From contig JAXGZF010000004.1 in the NCBI GenBank assembly GCA_040771865.1, positions 415,916 through 479,915 on the forward strand: 64,000 nt of DNA. The letters run 5' to 3'. The notes under the pieces are model-generated. The model did no database searches. It was not told the origin of the DNA and worked only from the letters and a program-made list of their open reading frames with translations. Position numbers and translations under genes: made by a program. This stretch comes from Desulfobacterales bacterium (lineage in GTDB: Bacteria; Desulfobacterota; Desulfobacteria; Desulfobacterales; UBA2245). Below, piece by piece: positions 27,241 through 37,765 of the stretch; position 1 is the stretch's first letter; the number at the start of each line of letters is the position of its first letter.

Positions 27241-29877
27241 TCAGGGGTTCGGGGTCGCAAACATCTCGACCTTTCCGGGCTTGGTTTGCAGGTGAAACGT
27301 TACGCTCTTGCAGCTGTACTGGTTTTGAATGCTGAGAAAGCTTTCGATGATGAATTCCCTGAAAGTGCCGGATTCGATTCGCGAGGAGCGGTCTCCCACC
27401 CTGTTTTTCATCGCGCTGAACCGTTCGTACATGGCGTCGATCAGCTGGACCTCGGCATCCGGATTCTCCAGAATAAAGCGTTCGGCAGGCATATCGGTTG
27501 CGGAAGCGGGCGCTGTTTCAGGTGCGGTTGCGATCGGCGCTTTTGCGGCCGTTTTGGATCCGGTCCGGGTTCGGTATTCCTTGATCATTTCGTGAGGCAC
27601 CACGCGGATGATTTCCGAAAGAGGGGTCTGGTTCAGCTTGAGAATGCCGTCGTCGATCATCGTTTTCATTCCCTCCTTGATGGCAAGGACCTTGAGTTCG
27701 TTTTCGCTGGCGCCCCGGTTCAGCGCTCTCGCGATGGCGCGGTTGACCACGAGCAGTTCGGAGATCAGACTGCGGCCTCGAAAACCGGTAAACCCGCATT
27801 TTTCACAACCCTTGCTATTATGAAAGGTCAGATGCGAGGGATAGGCGTCAAACACCAGATTCCATTCATCCTCGGGAGGAATGTATTGGGCCATGCAGTC
27901 CGGACAGGCCTTGCGGATCAGCCGCTGGGCCAGAACACCCATGAGGCTGGCGGCGATCTGGTTGTATTCGATGTTCAAATCCAGCAGACGCGTGACGGCG
28001 CTGACCGCATCGTTGGTGTGCAGCGTGCTGAGCAGCAGATGCCCGGTCTGGGAGGCGTCAAAACCGATGCGGGCGGTTTCTTCGTCCCGCATTTCTCCGA
28101 TCAGAATCACGTCCGGGTCGGATCGCAGAAAAGATCTGAGCAGCCTGGAAAAGGTCAGGTTGATTTTGGGGTTGATCTGGGTCTGCATGATTCCGGGGAA
28201 GTTGTATTCGATCGGGTCTTCGGCGGTGATGATCTTGATGCCCGGATCATAGATGTACTGAAGCGCCGCGTAGAGCGTTGTCGACTTGCCGCTTCCGGTG
28301 GGGCCGGTGACCAGAACCATGCCGGCCGAACTTTTGAACATCTCTTTTAAGGGGTTCAACACATGAGGCGAATGGTTGAGCTGATCCAGGCCCACATTGG
28401 CCTTGCGGGAGTCGAGAATTCGAATGGTGACGTTTTCCCCGACAATGGCCGGACAGGTTGCCACACGGAAATCCAGGTCAAATTTTTCATCCTTTTCCCG
28501 GTCGAAATATTTGATCCGGAACACACCGTCCTGAGGAATCCTTCGCTCGGCGATGTCCAGATTGGACATGACCTTGACGCGGGAGATGATTGCCTTGACC
28601 ATGCCCTGAAGTTTTTCATCGATCCATTTGATCCGAAAGGGATGCAGGACTCCGTCGAAACGGTACCGGATCTTGGGCCCCCGGCGGTCCTGTTCGATAT
28701 GAATATCGCTGGCGTTGTTCATTACCCCGTATTTTATAATGAAATTGACCAGCTGCTCCGCCTCCATGTCCAGAATGCCGTAGGAAGCGAGCTTATCGTC
28801 CTGAGCCTCTGTAGGGGTGATATCCAGTTCGATGGCTTCCACCTGCTCGGGCTCGACGACGGGAGACAAATCCATCCCATAATCCTCAATTGGGACACCG
28901 TAAAGCAGGTTAAACAGCTCGGCAAATTTTCCATCGGTTATCAGAATACAGCGGATTTTAAGCCGCGTGTAAACCGAACGCAGCTCGTTGATGGGCTGAA
29001 TGTCCTGGGGCCTGGAAGTGGCCAGGGTGAGCTGGCTTGCCTTTAAGGAAAGGGGAAGAATGCGGTGTTTCTGAGCGTATTTTTGTCCGATGATTCTGCC
29101 CAGCGTGGCCTTCTGCCTTTCAAGGTATGAAAAATTTTCAAGTTTTCGAAAGGGGATGTTGTACTGGCGGGCGATGGTTTTGTTCAGCCGATCTTCGCTG
29201 ATGCGGTTTTTCTGAACCAGAATTTTACCCAGCCGGTCGCCCCGCTGCTTGCGTTCCTGAAGAGCGTCCTTGAGATCGTCTTCGTCGATGGCTTCCTGGC
29301 GGACAAGAATTTCCCCGAGTTTCAACCGCTTGTTGTATTTTTCGAGAACCTGATTCAGGTCCAGCGGGGAGAGCAGGTCCATGTCGCAGAGAATCTCTCC
29401 CAGGGTTCTTTGAGACGCCTTGATTTCGAGAACCCTCTGAAAGTCGGCAGGGGAGAGTATTCGAAGTTTTACGGCAAGATTTCCGATCTTCGGACTGGCG
29501 AGCAGCCTGCGGCGAAATGCTTCCAGTTCCGCTTCCGGCAGCAGGGCATGCCGTTTCAAGGCATCGAAGATTGATTCGCCGGGTTGTTTGTCAGCCAGGC
29601 CGGCATTGATTTTTTCCGGTTGAATCTTTCCGCTGGCAATCAAATGGCGCTGAAGATTTTTCTGAATATCGGAGTCCTGAAGGATTTCTTCGATCTGATT
29701 CTCGGTCAGCAGACCTTTCTTGACCAGCAGAAGGCTCAGGGGAAGATTGGACTCTTCTGCTTCGGCGTCCTGAATTTCAAGCGCTGTTTTAACATCGCTC
29801 TGTTTGACAAAACCTTCTTTGACAAGCAGATCGCCAATCTTTGCGGATGAATCAATATTATTGTCTGTGTTTTTCAA
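27241..29877 (-). CDS. GspE/PilB-family secretion ATPase with multiple N-terminal MshEN-like repeats
   Basis: ASDIHIE, LDIAERRIPQDG, GPTGSGKSTT, EDPIE, DPDVILIGEMRD, TLHTN, CxxC pairs; TTG start after GGGAG. Confidence 0.93.
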   Translation of the reverse strand: MKNTDNNIDSSAKIGDLLVKEGFVKQSDVKTALEIQDAEAEESNLPLSLLLVKKGLLTENQIEEILQDSDIQKNLQRHLIASGKIQPEKINAGLADKQPGESIFDALKRHALLPEAELEAFRRRLLASPKIGNLAVKLRILSPADFQRVLEIKASQRTLGEILCDMDLLSPLDLNQVLEKYNKRLKLGEILVRQEAIDEDDLKDALQERKQRGDRLGKILVQKNRISEDRLNKTIARQYNIPFRKLENFSYLERQKATLGRIIGQKYAQKHRILPLSLKASQLTLATSRPQDIQPINELRSVYTRLKIRCILITDGKFAELFNLLYGVPIEDYGMDLSPVVEPEQVEAIELDITPTEAQDDKLASYGILDMEAEQLVNFIIKYGVMNNASDIHIEQDRRGPKIRYRFDGVLHPFRIKWIDEKLQGMVKAIISRVKVMSNLDIAERRIPQDGVFRIKYFDREKDEKFDLDFRVATCPAIVGENVTIRILDSRKANVGLDQLNHSPHVLNPLKEMFKSSAGMVLVTGPTGSGKSTTLYAALQYIYDPGIKIITAEDPIEYNFPGIMQTQINPKINLTFSRLLRSFLRSDPDVILIGEMRDEETARIGFDASQTGHLLLSTLHTNDAVSAVTRLLDLNIEYNQIAASLMGVLAQRLIRKACPDCMAQYIPPEDEWNLVFDAYPSHLTFHNSKGCEKCGFTGFRGRSLISELLVVNRAIARALNRGASENELKVLAIKEGMKTMIDDGILKLNQTPLSEIIRVVPHEMIKEYRTRTGSKTAAKAPIATAPETAPASATDMPAERFILENPDAEVQLIDAMYERFSAMKNRVGDRSSRIESGTFREFIIESFLSIQNQYSCKSVTFHLQTKPGKVEMFATPNP

Positions 29878-30219
29878 GGACGGCTCCCGTATCTGTTATG
29901 ACCCGTTCAGGATCGTTCGGCTCTGCCCTGTTCCATGGGATTCGGGTCCGCAGGGTTTGAAACATCCGATTTTCCGAATGGGCGCAGCGAATCGATTGAA
30001 ATGATGATTAGAAAAATATCAGTACCGGCGGTTTCTTGTCAAGAAGTCAGGGCCGAATCTTTGCGAAACCGATTTTGTGTTCGAATCAGCATGATTCCCA
30101 CTATTCGACACGAAATTCCAAGCTTCCGTTAACTTCAATTAATTATTAAAAATTATTTCAACAAACCATTCAGTTTTTTGCTTGACTCTTTTCAAAAAAT
30201 ATACTTTTATGCGGTCCAG

Positions 30220-30254
30220 GTGGGATAATGTGTATATAAGTGGATATTTGGGGT
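30220..30254 (+). promoter_or_regulatory. Putative MraZ-binding direct repeats
   Basis: GTGGG (30220), GTGTA (30230), GTGGA (30240), GGGGT (30250) at 10-bp spacing just upstream of mraZ; TTGACT at 30182. Confidence 0.65.
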
Positions 30255-30259
30255 GAAAA

Positions 30260-30712
30260 ATGTTCCGAGGCAGTTCCACGCATAATCTCGATGACAAGGG
30301 GCGGATCATGATTCCCGCCAGGTTTCGAGAGGTCATCAATGCTGCCGGAAATGAAAGCATTATGGTGACCCGCATGGACGGGGCTTTATTTGCCTATGCG
30401 CTGCCGGAGTGGTCCAAAATCGAGGCCCGGTTGATGTCCGTGGCCGAAACCAGCGAGTCGATGCGGCGTTTCCGCAGGGCATTTATCGGCGGCGCATTCG
30501 ATTGCACGCTGGACAAGCAGAACCGGATATTGATTCCGCCGGTGCTTCGGGATTATGCGGAGCTCAAACCCAAAAAGGAAGTCATGCTGGTGGGGCAGCT
30601 CAACCATTTTGAAATCTGGTCCAGCGAACGGTACGAAAAGGAGCTGAAGCAGCTGGAAGCGGATCTGAAGAAGGAAGATGTCGCTCTCGAGGTTGCAAAA
30701 CTGGGGCTTTGA
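30260..30712 (+). CDS. mraZ: Transcriptional regulator MraZ
   Basis: MFRG...LDDKGRI.IP..FR; LDKQNRILIP; EIWS. Confidence 0.97.
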   Translation: MFRGSSTHNLDDKGRIMIPARFREVINAAGNESIMVTRMDGALFAYALPEWSKIEARLMSVAETSESMRRFRRAFIGGAFDCTLDKQNRILIPPVLRDYAELKPKKEVMLVGQLNHFEIWSSERYEKELKQLEADLKKEDVALEVAKLGL

Positions 30713-30715
30713 TTC

Positions 30716-31654
30716 ATGTCGTACCGCCATATCCCCGTCATGTTGAGCGAAACCATCCATTATCTTGGCTGCAGTTCCGGAAAAACCTATGTGGATTGCA
30801 CGCTCGGGGGCGCCGGTCATGCACGGGCGATCTGCAGGGCCATGCTGCCGGATGGTTCTTTGATAGGCATTGATCAGGACAGGGACGCCATCGACAACGC
30901 CAGAAGGGCCCTGGCAGATTACGGGAACCGGGTGACGTTGATACACGATAATTTTGCAAACCTTCCCAGGATTCTTTCGAATCTGAAAGTATCCGGCGTG
31001 GACGGAATCCTCGCGGACCTGGGCGTTTCTTGGCATCACCTGCTGGCCAGCGGCAGGGGCTTCAGTTTTCAGAAAGAAGAGCCGCTGGATATGCGCATGG
31101 ATGTGCGGACCGAAGCCAGGGCCGCAGATATCGTCAATGAAGCGCAGGAAAGCGAACTGATCCGCATATTCAGGGATTACGGCGAAGAGCGGCGGGCCCG
31201 CCGCATTGCCCGCAAAATTGTGGACGTTCGCAAGCGCAAACCGATTCTGACCAGTGCTCAGTTGGCAGGGATCGTACTCGATTGCGTTCCCTCCAAAATA
31301 GCAGTCCGGCAGAGAATTCATCCGGCAACGCGTGTCTTCATGGCGCTTCGCATTGCCGTGAACCATGAGCTGGAGCGGCTTGAAACCTTTATGGACCATG
31401 TTCTGGATTGCCTGAATTCAAAGGGAAGGCTTTGCGTGCTGTCGTTTCATTCACTGGAGGACCGGATTGTGAAACATCGAATCAAGGCCATGACCTCAGG
31501 CTGCATCTGCCCTCGCAGCCTGCCGCAGTGTGTGTGCGGCAACACCCCGAAGGTCCGGTCCCTGACGCCAAAAGCCGTTTGTCCTTCGGCTGAGGAAATC
31601 GCCGCCAACCCCATGGCCAGAAGCACCCGGCTTCGGGCCATGGAAAAATTATAA
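30716..31654 (+). CDS. rsmH: 16S rRNA m4C1402 methyltransferase
   Basis: HIPVM, DCTLGGAGH, DLGVS, PLDMRMD, SFHSLEDR. Confidence 0.97.
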   Translation: MSYRHIPVMLSETIHYLGCSSGKTYVDCTLGGAGHARAICRAMLPDGSLIGIDQDRDAIDNARRALADYGNRVTLIHDNFANLPRILSNLKVSGVDGILADLGVSWHHLLASGRGFSFQKEEPLDMRMDVRTEARAADIVNEAQESELIRIFRDYGEERRARRIARKIVDVRKRKPILTSAQLAGIVLDCVPSKIAVRQRIHPATRVFMALRIAVNHELERLETFMDHVLDCLNSKGRLCVLSFHSLEDRIVKHRIKAMTSGCICPRSLPQCVCGNTPKVRSLTPKAVCPSAEEIAANPMARSTRLRAMEKL

Positions 31655-31667
31655 AAAGAGAGCGCCC

Positions 31668-31964
31668 ATGAGCAATGGGGCCGGAAAACGCAAATCCTCA
31701 TTCGGAAGGTTCATCCTCTGGATGGTGATCATTGCGTTTTTTATCGGTGAATCGCTCCTGTCAACCTGGTCGCGGGTTCAGTGCACTCAGACCGGATATG
31801 AAATCAGCCGGGAAATTCGACAATACGAATCCTTGGCGGCATTGCAGAAAAACTTAAAGATCGAACTGGCGTATCTCAGATCTCCTGAACGTATTTCGGC
31901 GATTGCCTCTCAGCAGCTGGGACTGGTGATGCCTGATCCTGGTCATATGTTGGTGGTGCCATGA
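31668..31964 (+). CDS. ftsL: Cell division protein FtsL
   Basis: TM plus coiled coil, LRSPERI..IA...LG; position between rsmH and ftsI. Confidence 0.85.
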   Translation: MSNGAGKRKSSFGRFILWMVIIAFFIGESLLSTWSRVQCTQTGYEISREIRQYESLAALQKNLKIELAYLRSPERISAIASQQLGLVMPDPGHMLVVP

Positions 31965-33697
31965 AAACGGATCCGAGCAAGGGCATACGGTTTAGAATCG
32001 TTTTTGTCGGCTGCCTGTTTGCGATGATGTTCGCCGTCATTGCCGCCAGGTCGATTTATCTGCAGGTTTTCTGCGATGACCGGTTATCGGCCATTGCCGT
32101 CCGCCAGTACGAGCGGTCCCTGGAAACCCAGGGCCGGAGAGGAACGATTTTTGATGCCCGCCAGCGGGAACTGGCCGTTACCACCGATATCATTTCCATT
32201 GCCGCCTATCCCCGTCAGATTCTGGACGCGGCCGTCGCTTCAAAGCTCCTGGCCGGGGCGCTTGAAATTCCGGAAAAAGAGATTCGGGAAAAACTTGCCG
32301 TCAAACGCACGTTCATATGGATCAAGCGTCATGTTTCCCCCAGCGAGGAGAGAGCGGTGCGGGAATTAGACATCAAAGGGATCGGATTCATTTCAGAATA
32401 CAGCCGCGTGTATCCGAACAGAAGCCTGGCCGCCCAGGTGGTGGGGATTCCCAATATCGACGGACGTGGTTTGGAAGGCCTTGAGTTTTATTATGACGAA
32501 TATCTGAAAGGGGGAACAGGCCAGTTTACCGCTTTGAGAGATGCGCTTGGCCAGTATTTCGAATCGGAAAAACCCGAGTCCGAAATCAACGGAAACAACC
32601 TAATTCTCACAATTGACCAGGCGATTCAGTACAGCGTGGAACGCAGCGTCAGTGAAGCCGTGGAGAAGTTTTCGGCCCAATCCGGAATGGCGGTGGTCAT
32701 GAACCCCGGCACGGGAGCCGTCCTGGCCATGGTCAATATTCCGACCTTTAATCCGAATCTTCTTCAGAATTCCGACCGAGCCCTCTGGCGCAACCGGGTG
32801 GTGACCGATCGTTATGAACCGGGTTCCACCATGAAAATCTTTACGGCGGCTGCAGCCCTGGAATCCGGGTTGTGCACGCAGAACAGCAGATTTTTCTGTG
32901 AGAACGGCAAATACCGGGTCGGATCCAACACGGTTCACGACACCCATGAATACGGATGGCTTACGCTTGAGGACATCGTAAAAGTATCAAGCAACATCGG
33001 AGCCACCAAGGTGGGGGAAAAAATCGGAGCGGCCGCTCTTTTCCAGACGCTGGACAGGTTCGGTTTCGGGCAGAAGACCGGAATTGACTGTCCCGGCGAG
33101 ACAACCGGCAGCCTGGCTCCTTTTCAGCAGTGGCGCAAGATCGACGCTGCCACCATCTCCTTCGGCCAGGGAGTGGCGATTTCCGCCATTCAGCTTGCCG
33201 CCGCAGCCTGCGCCATCGTCAATGACGGCGTATTGATGAAGCCTTATCTGTTGCAGGCCGTCACGGACCAGCATGGGCGGGTGATCAAGAGGTTTACGCC
33301 TCAGGTTGTACGACGCGTGATCTCTGCTCAGAATGCCGGTATCCTTCGAAAAATGATGCAGAACGTCGTGTCCGAAGGCGGTACCGGTGTGAACGCGGCA
33401 CTGGAGGGATATTCGGTCGGCGGTAAGACGGGTACGGCCCAGAAAATCAATCCCCAGGGCGGCGGGTATGAACGGGGAAAATATGTGGGATCCTTCCTGG
33501 GCTTTGCACCGGCCGAAAAACCCGAAATCGTCGTACTGGTCATCATCGATGAACCCCAGCGCTTCCACTACGGTGGTACCGTTGCGGCGCCGGCATTCCG
33601 CAGAATCGTTCTGGAAACCTTGAATTATCTCAATATTCCGCCTCCCGGTACCGGTGAAAGGTTGACGGTTTCCGTAGGCCGGGAGGTGCGGAAATGA
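31961..33697 (+). CDS. ftsI: Penicillin-binding protein 3
   Basis: RGTIFD, EPGSTMK, SSN, KTGTAQ. Confidence 0.95.
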   Translation: MKTDPSKGIRFRIVFVGCLFAMMFAVIAARSIYLQVFCDDRLSAIAVRQYERSLETQGRRGTIFDARQRELAVTTDIISIAAYPRQILDAAVASKLLAGALEIPEKEIREKLAVKRTFIWIKRHVSPSEERAVRELDIKGIGFISEYSRVYPNRSLAAQVVGIPNIDGRGLEGLEFYYDEYLKGGTGQFTALRDALGQYFESEKPESEINGNNLILTIDQAIQYSVERSVSEAVEKFSAQSGMAVVMNPGTGAVLAMVNIPTFNPNLLQNSDRALWRNRVVTDRYEPGSTMKIFTAAAALESGLCTQNSRFFCENGKYRVGSNTVHDTHEYGWLTLEDIVKVSSNIGATKVGEKIGAAALFQTLDRFGFGQKTGIDCPGETTGSLAPFQQWRKIDAATISFGQGVAISAIQLAAAACAIVNDGVLMKPYLLQAVTDQHGRVIKRFTPQVVRRVISAQNAGILRKMMQNVVSEGGTGVNAALEGYSVGGKTGTAQKINPQGGGYERGKYVGSFLGFAPAEKPEIVVLVIIDEPQRFHYGGTVAAPAFRRIVLETLNYLNIPPPGTGERLTVSVGREVRK

Positions 33698-35226
33698 AAT
33701 TGTCGCAACTGATCAAAACGCTTTCCGGTCCGGTCGAATGGGTTCAGGGGGCCGGGAAGGACGAGGATCCGGAAATCACCGCCATCCATTGCCGGGCGGA
33801 TGCGGTTTCCAGAGGCGGATTGTTTGTGGCCATCTGCGGATTCAAGGCAGATGGCCATCGTTTTGTCGAAGAGGCTATAGCCCGCGGGGCTTCGGCCGTG
33901 GTGGCCAGCCGTCCGGTTTACACAAAAACTCCCGTGATTCAGGTTGCGGACACGCGCCGGGCGTTGTCCACACTGGCAGCCCGGTTTTACGGAGATCCAT
34001 CCCTGAACCTTTTCATGATCGGCATTACCGGCACCAACGGCAAGACCACCACCTCATTTCTGATCGAACAGATTCTGATTCAGGCCGGCTTTAACACCGG
34101 CGTGATCGGAACCATCAACTTCCGGTACGGGGGAAAAATTTTTCAAAACCCCATGACCACTCCGGAGTCGCTGGATTTTCAACGAATTCTCTCTCAGATG
34201 CGGGAAAGCGGGGTCACGCATGTGGTGGCCGAGATATCCTCGCATGCCATTGATCTTGGCCGGATCGCCGACTCCTGGTTTGACGTCGGCGTGTTCACCA
34301 ACCTCACTCAGGACCATCTGGATTATCACCGGAGCATGGAAGCATACTGGGAGTGCAAGCGCCGCTTTTTTACGCAGTATCTGGCGTCGGGCCCCAAGAA
34401 GAACAGAGCCAGGGCGGTTGTCAACATCGACCATGTTCGGGGGCGGGAGCTTGCACAAGGGGTCACGCTTCCGGTGATCCGTGTGGGACACGATGCCGCA
34501 AGCCAGGTTCAGGCCCTTGAGACCAAATTGAATCTGTCCGGAATTCAAACCCGCATCCGTACGCCCCGGGGAACCTTTGAACTTCATTCTTCGCTGGTGG
34601 GCGCCCATAATCTGGAAAACATTCTGTGCGCAGCCGGCGCGGCCGTGGCGGCGGGAATCGAAAACGAGGCCATTCGGAAGGGAATCGAGGCCGTTGGTTG
34701 CGTGCCGGGGCGCCTGGAAGGCGTTCCCGATTCCCTGGGCCGTTTTGTTTATGTGGATTATGCCCACAGCCCCGATGCTCTGGAAAATGTGATCAAGACC
34801 TTAAGACCTCTGGGCGGCGCCAGAATGATCTGCCTGTTCGGATGCGGCGGGGACCGGGATGCCGGAAAGCGTCCGCTGATGGGTCAGATTGCGGCCCGGC
34901 TGTGCGACCTGTGCGTGATCACCTCGGACAATCCGCGTTCCGAGTCGCCGATGGCCATCATCGATCAGATTCTTGAGGGGGTTCGAAAACAAACGGATTT
35001 ATTCCCGTATACATCTGAAATGCTGAAACGCGGATTTGACCGCAGGGGGTATGTGGTCGAGCCGGATCGCAGATCCGCCATTTCCCTGGCCATCGGCGCG
35101 TCCCGTACGGGAGATGTCGTGCTGCTGGCGGGAAAGGGCCATGAGACCTATCAGATCATCGGGGCCAGAACCTTTGACTTTGATGACCGGATCGAGGCTC
35201 GCAATGCACTGGGAGCGCATGAATAG
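33694..35226 (+). CDS. murE: UDP-MurNAc-tripeptide synthetase (DAP-type, DNPR motif)
   Basis: GTNGKTT, TTPES, DYAH, GGDRD, DNPR, GKGHE. Confidence 0.97.
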   Translation: MKLSQLIKTLSGPVEWVQGAGKDEDPEITAIHCRADAVSRGGLFVAICGFKADGHRFVEEAIARGASAVVASRPVYTKTPVIQVADTRRALSTLAARFYGDPSLNLFMIGITGTNGKTTTSFLIEQILIQAGFNTGVIGTINFRYGGKIFQNPMTTPESLDFQRILSQMRESGVTHVVAEISSHAIDLGRIADSWFDVGVFTNLTQDHLDYHRSMEAYWECKRRFFTQYLASGPKKNRARAVVNIDHVRGRELAQGVTLPVIRVGHDAASQVQALETKLNLSGIQTRIRTPRGTFELHSSLVGAHNLENILCAAGAAVAAGIENEAIRKGIEAVGCVPGRLEGVPDSLGRFVYVDYAHSPDALENVIKTLRPLGGARMICLFGCGGDRDAGKRPLMGQIAARLCDLCVITSDNPRSESPMAIIDQILEGVRKQTDLFPYTSEMLKRGFDRRGYVVEPDRRSAISLAIGASRTGDVVLLAGKGHETYQIIGARTFDFDDRIEARNALGAHE

Positions 35227-36646
35227 AAAAATGGATACAAAAGACCGCAAAGCCTGGATGCTCGATGATGTGTTAAGGGCCGTTGACGGCGCCCTGCTGG
35301 CGGGTCCTGCGCAGGCGGGTTTTGCCGGAATCAGCATCGATTCCCGAAGCATTTTGCCGGAGCAGCTATTTGTCGCTATTTCCGGACTTCGGCATGACGG
35401 GCATGCATATGTCGGGCAGGCGGTCGAGAGGGGCGCAAGCGGGCTGGTTCTGGAATTCGGGAAAGTCGGCAGCTTGGATCTGAAGTCCTGGGAACGGAAC
35501 AATGTGGCCTGCATCGGTGTAAAAGACGGTGTGCGCGCTCTGGGCGATCTTGCGGCTTTTCATCGCAGGCGTTGCGGCGCTTCGGTGGCGGCTGTCACCG
35601 GATCCAGCGGAAAAACGACCACGCGGGAGATGCTTGCCGCCATCCTGTCCCGGAAGTATGAGACCCTGGCCACCCGCGGGAATCTGAACAACGCCATCGG
35701 TCTTCCCCTGACGCTCCTGCAGCTGACCGAAAAGCATCAGTGGGCCGTGCTCGAGGCGGGTATGAACCATCCCGGCGAGCTTCTGCGTCTGGGAGAGATC
35801 TGCCGGCCGGACATTGCCGTCATCACCAATGTCGGTCCGGCCCATCTGGAAGGGCTCGGGTCGATTGAAGGGGTGATGCGGGCCAAGATGGAGCTCCTGC
35901 AAACGCTTGGTCCCAGGGGAGTGGCGGTATTGAATGCGGACAATCCCTACACCGTCAGAATGGCCGGGCAGATTGACTGCGAGACGGTCTGGTTCGGGTT
36001 TGCCGATTTTGCCCAGGTGCGGATCGGCAACATTACGCACGAGGGTGGAAAACTGAGTTTTGACCTGAGAATGGCCGGAGAAGCCGCGCGCGTCACGCTC
36101 AATGCGCCGGGAAGCTTCATGGCCCATAACGTCGCAGCCGCCGCAGCCGTGGGATACCGCATCGGGATGAGCCTTTCCGAAATCAGGCAGGGTCTTGACA
36201 TCTTCAGTCCCGCCCGGGGGCGGATGAATATTTTACACGCCGGCGGCATTCATATCATGGACGATACTTACAACGCCAACCCGGCCTCTATGGCTGCGGC
36301 TCTGGAAACGCTGGCCGCCCTGTCGGGCAGAGGTCGGAGCGTTTTTGTTGCCGGCGACATGCTGGAGCTGGGTGCCGATGCGGAAAGTCTTCACAGGAAG
36401 GTCGGCGAACTGGCGGCCCGAATCGGTGTCTCCCTGCTTTATGCCGCTGGAACCTTTGCAGGTGCTCTTGCCGATGCGGCAATTAAAGCCGGAATGAAGA
36501 AGGAAGCGGTTCTTGTCGGAACCCGGTCCGAGATCGCGGCGGATCTGAAGGACCGGCTTCAGCCGGATGACTGGATTCTGGTCAAGGGGTCCCGCGGTAT
36601 GGCCATGGAACAGGTGGTTCAAGAGATAACAAACTGGGTTCAATAA
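35219..36646 (+). CDS. murF: UDP-MurNAc-pentapeptide synthetase
   Basis: TGSSGKTT, NN.IG.P, DDTYNANP, GDMLELG, VKGSRG. Confidence 0.96.
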   Translation: MNRKMDTKDRKAWMLDDVLRAVDGALLAGPAQAGFAGISIDSRSILPEQLFVAISGLRHDGHAYVGQAVERGASGLVLEFGKVGSLDLKSWERNNVACIGVKDGVRALGDLAAFHRRRCGASVAAVTGSSGKTTTREMLAAILSRKYETLATRGNLNNAIGLPLTLLQLTEKHQWAVLEAGMNHPGELLRLGEICRPDIAVITNVGPAHLEGLGSIEGVMRAKMELLQTLGPRGVAVLNADNPYTVRMAGQIDCETVWFGFADFAQVRIGNITHEGGKLSFDLRMAGEAARVTLNAPGSFMAHNVAAAAAVGYRIGMSLSEIRQGLDIFSPARGRMNILHAGGIHIMDDTYNANPASMAAALETLAALSGRGRSVFVAGDMLELGADAESLHRKVGELAARIGVSLLYAAGTFAGALADAAIKAGMKKEAVLVGTRSEIAADLKDRLQPDDWILVKGSRGMAMEQVVQEITNWVQ

Positions 36647-36664
36647 CAATAGATCGGTTTTGCG

Positions 36665-37744
36665 ATGCTGTATCATTTTCTGTTTCCTCTGCATACGAGC
36701 CTGGCCATATTCAATGTATTCCGATACATCACCTTTCGCACCATCTACGCGGGTATCACGGCTATGCTGATCTGCCTGATTATCGGGCCATGGGTGATCC
36801 GGAAGCTGTCCTTTCTGCAGATCGGCCAGTACATTCGTGAGGATGGTCCTCAGAGCCACCAGAAAAAAGCCGGAACGCCGACGATGGGCGGAACCCTGAT
36901 CGTGTTTGCCGTGGTGGTTTCCACTTTGCTGTGGACCGATCTGACCAATTTCAACGTGTGGGTGGTGCTTGGCGTGACGGTGGGCTTCGCCGGAATCGGT
37001 TTTGCCGACGACTATCTGATGCAGATCAAAAAGCGGAACAAGGGACTGAGCGTTCGTCAGAAGTTCGGCCTTCAGGTCGTTCTGGCCGCAGTGGCCGGCG
37101 CAGTCCTGTGTATGTCCCCGAATTTTTCGACCCAGGTCACCCTGCCTTTTTTCAAGAATGTGTCGCCGGATCTCGGATGGGGATACGTGCTGTTCGCCAT
37201 TCTGGTTATTGTAGGCACCTCAAACGCGGTAAACCTGACCGACGGCCTGGACGGCCTGGCGACCGGCCCCATGATCGTGGCTGCGGTGACCTATATGATT
37301 TTTGCCTATGTGGCCGGGCATGTCCGAATTGCCGAGTATCTTCAGCTTCCCCACGTGGTCGGATGCGGGGAGCTGGCAGTTTTCTGCGGGGCCCTGGCCG
37401 GCGCCGGACTGGGGTTCCTGTGGTTCAACACCTATCCGGCCCAGGTGTTCATGGGCGACGTGGGCTCGCTTTCCATGGGCGGAGCCCTGGGAATCGTGGC
37501 GGTGATCACCAAACAGGAAATTCTGCTGGTTCTCGTCGGCGGATTGTTTGTCATCGAGGCTCTGTCGGTGATCTTTCAGGTCGGATTTTTCAAGATGACA
37601 CACGGCAAGCGGATATTTCGCATGGCGCCGCTTCACCATCATTTTGAACTCAAGGGATGGCCCGAACCGAAGGTCATTGTCCGGTTCTGGATTATCGCCA
37701 TAACGCTGGCGCTGATTTCCCTGAGCACCCTGAAGCTCCGGTAG
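36665..37744 (+). CDS. mraY: Phospho-MurNAc-pentapeptide transferase
   Basis: [35 protein letters not shown]. Confidence 0.98.
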   Translation: MLYHFLFPLHTSLAIFNVFRYITFRTIYAGITAMLICLIIGPWVIRKLSFLQIGQYIREDGPQSHQKKAGTPTMGGTLIVFAVVVSTLLWTDLTNFNVWVVLGVTVGFAGIGFADDYLMQIKKRNKGLSVRQKFGLQVVLAAVAGAVLCMSPNFSTQVTLPFFKNVSPDLGWGYVLFAILVIVGTSNAVNLTDGLDGLATGPMIVAAVTYMIFAYVAGHVRIAEYLQLPHVVGCGELAVFCGALAGAGLGFLWFNTYPAQVFMGDVGSLSMGGALGIVAVITKQEILLVLVGGLFVIEALSVIFQVGFFKMTHGKRIFRMAPLHHHFELKGWPEPKVIVRFWIIAITLALISLSTLKLR

Positions 37745-37765
37745 CGCTTCGGGAAACACGCAAGG

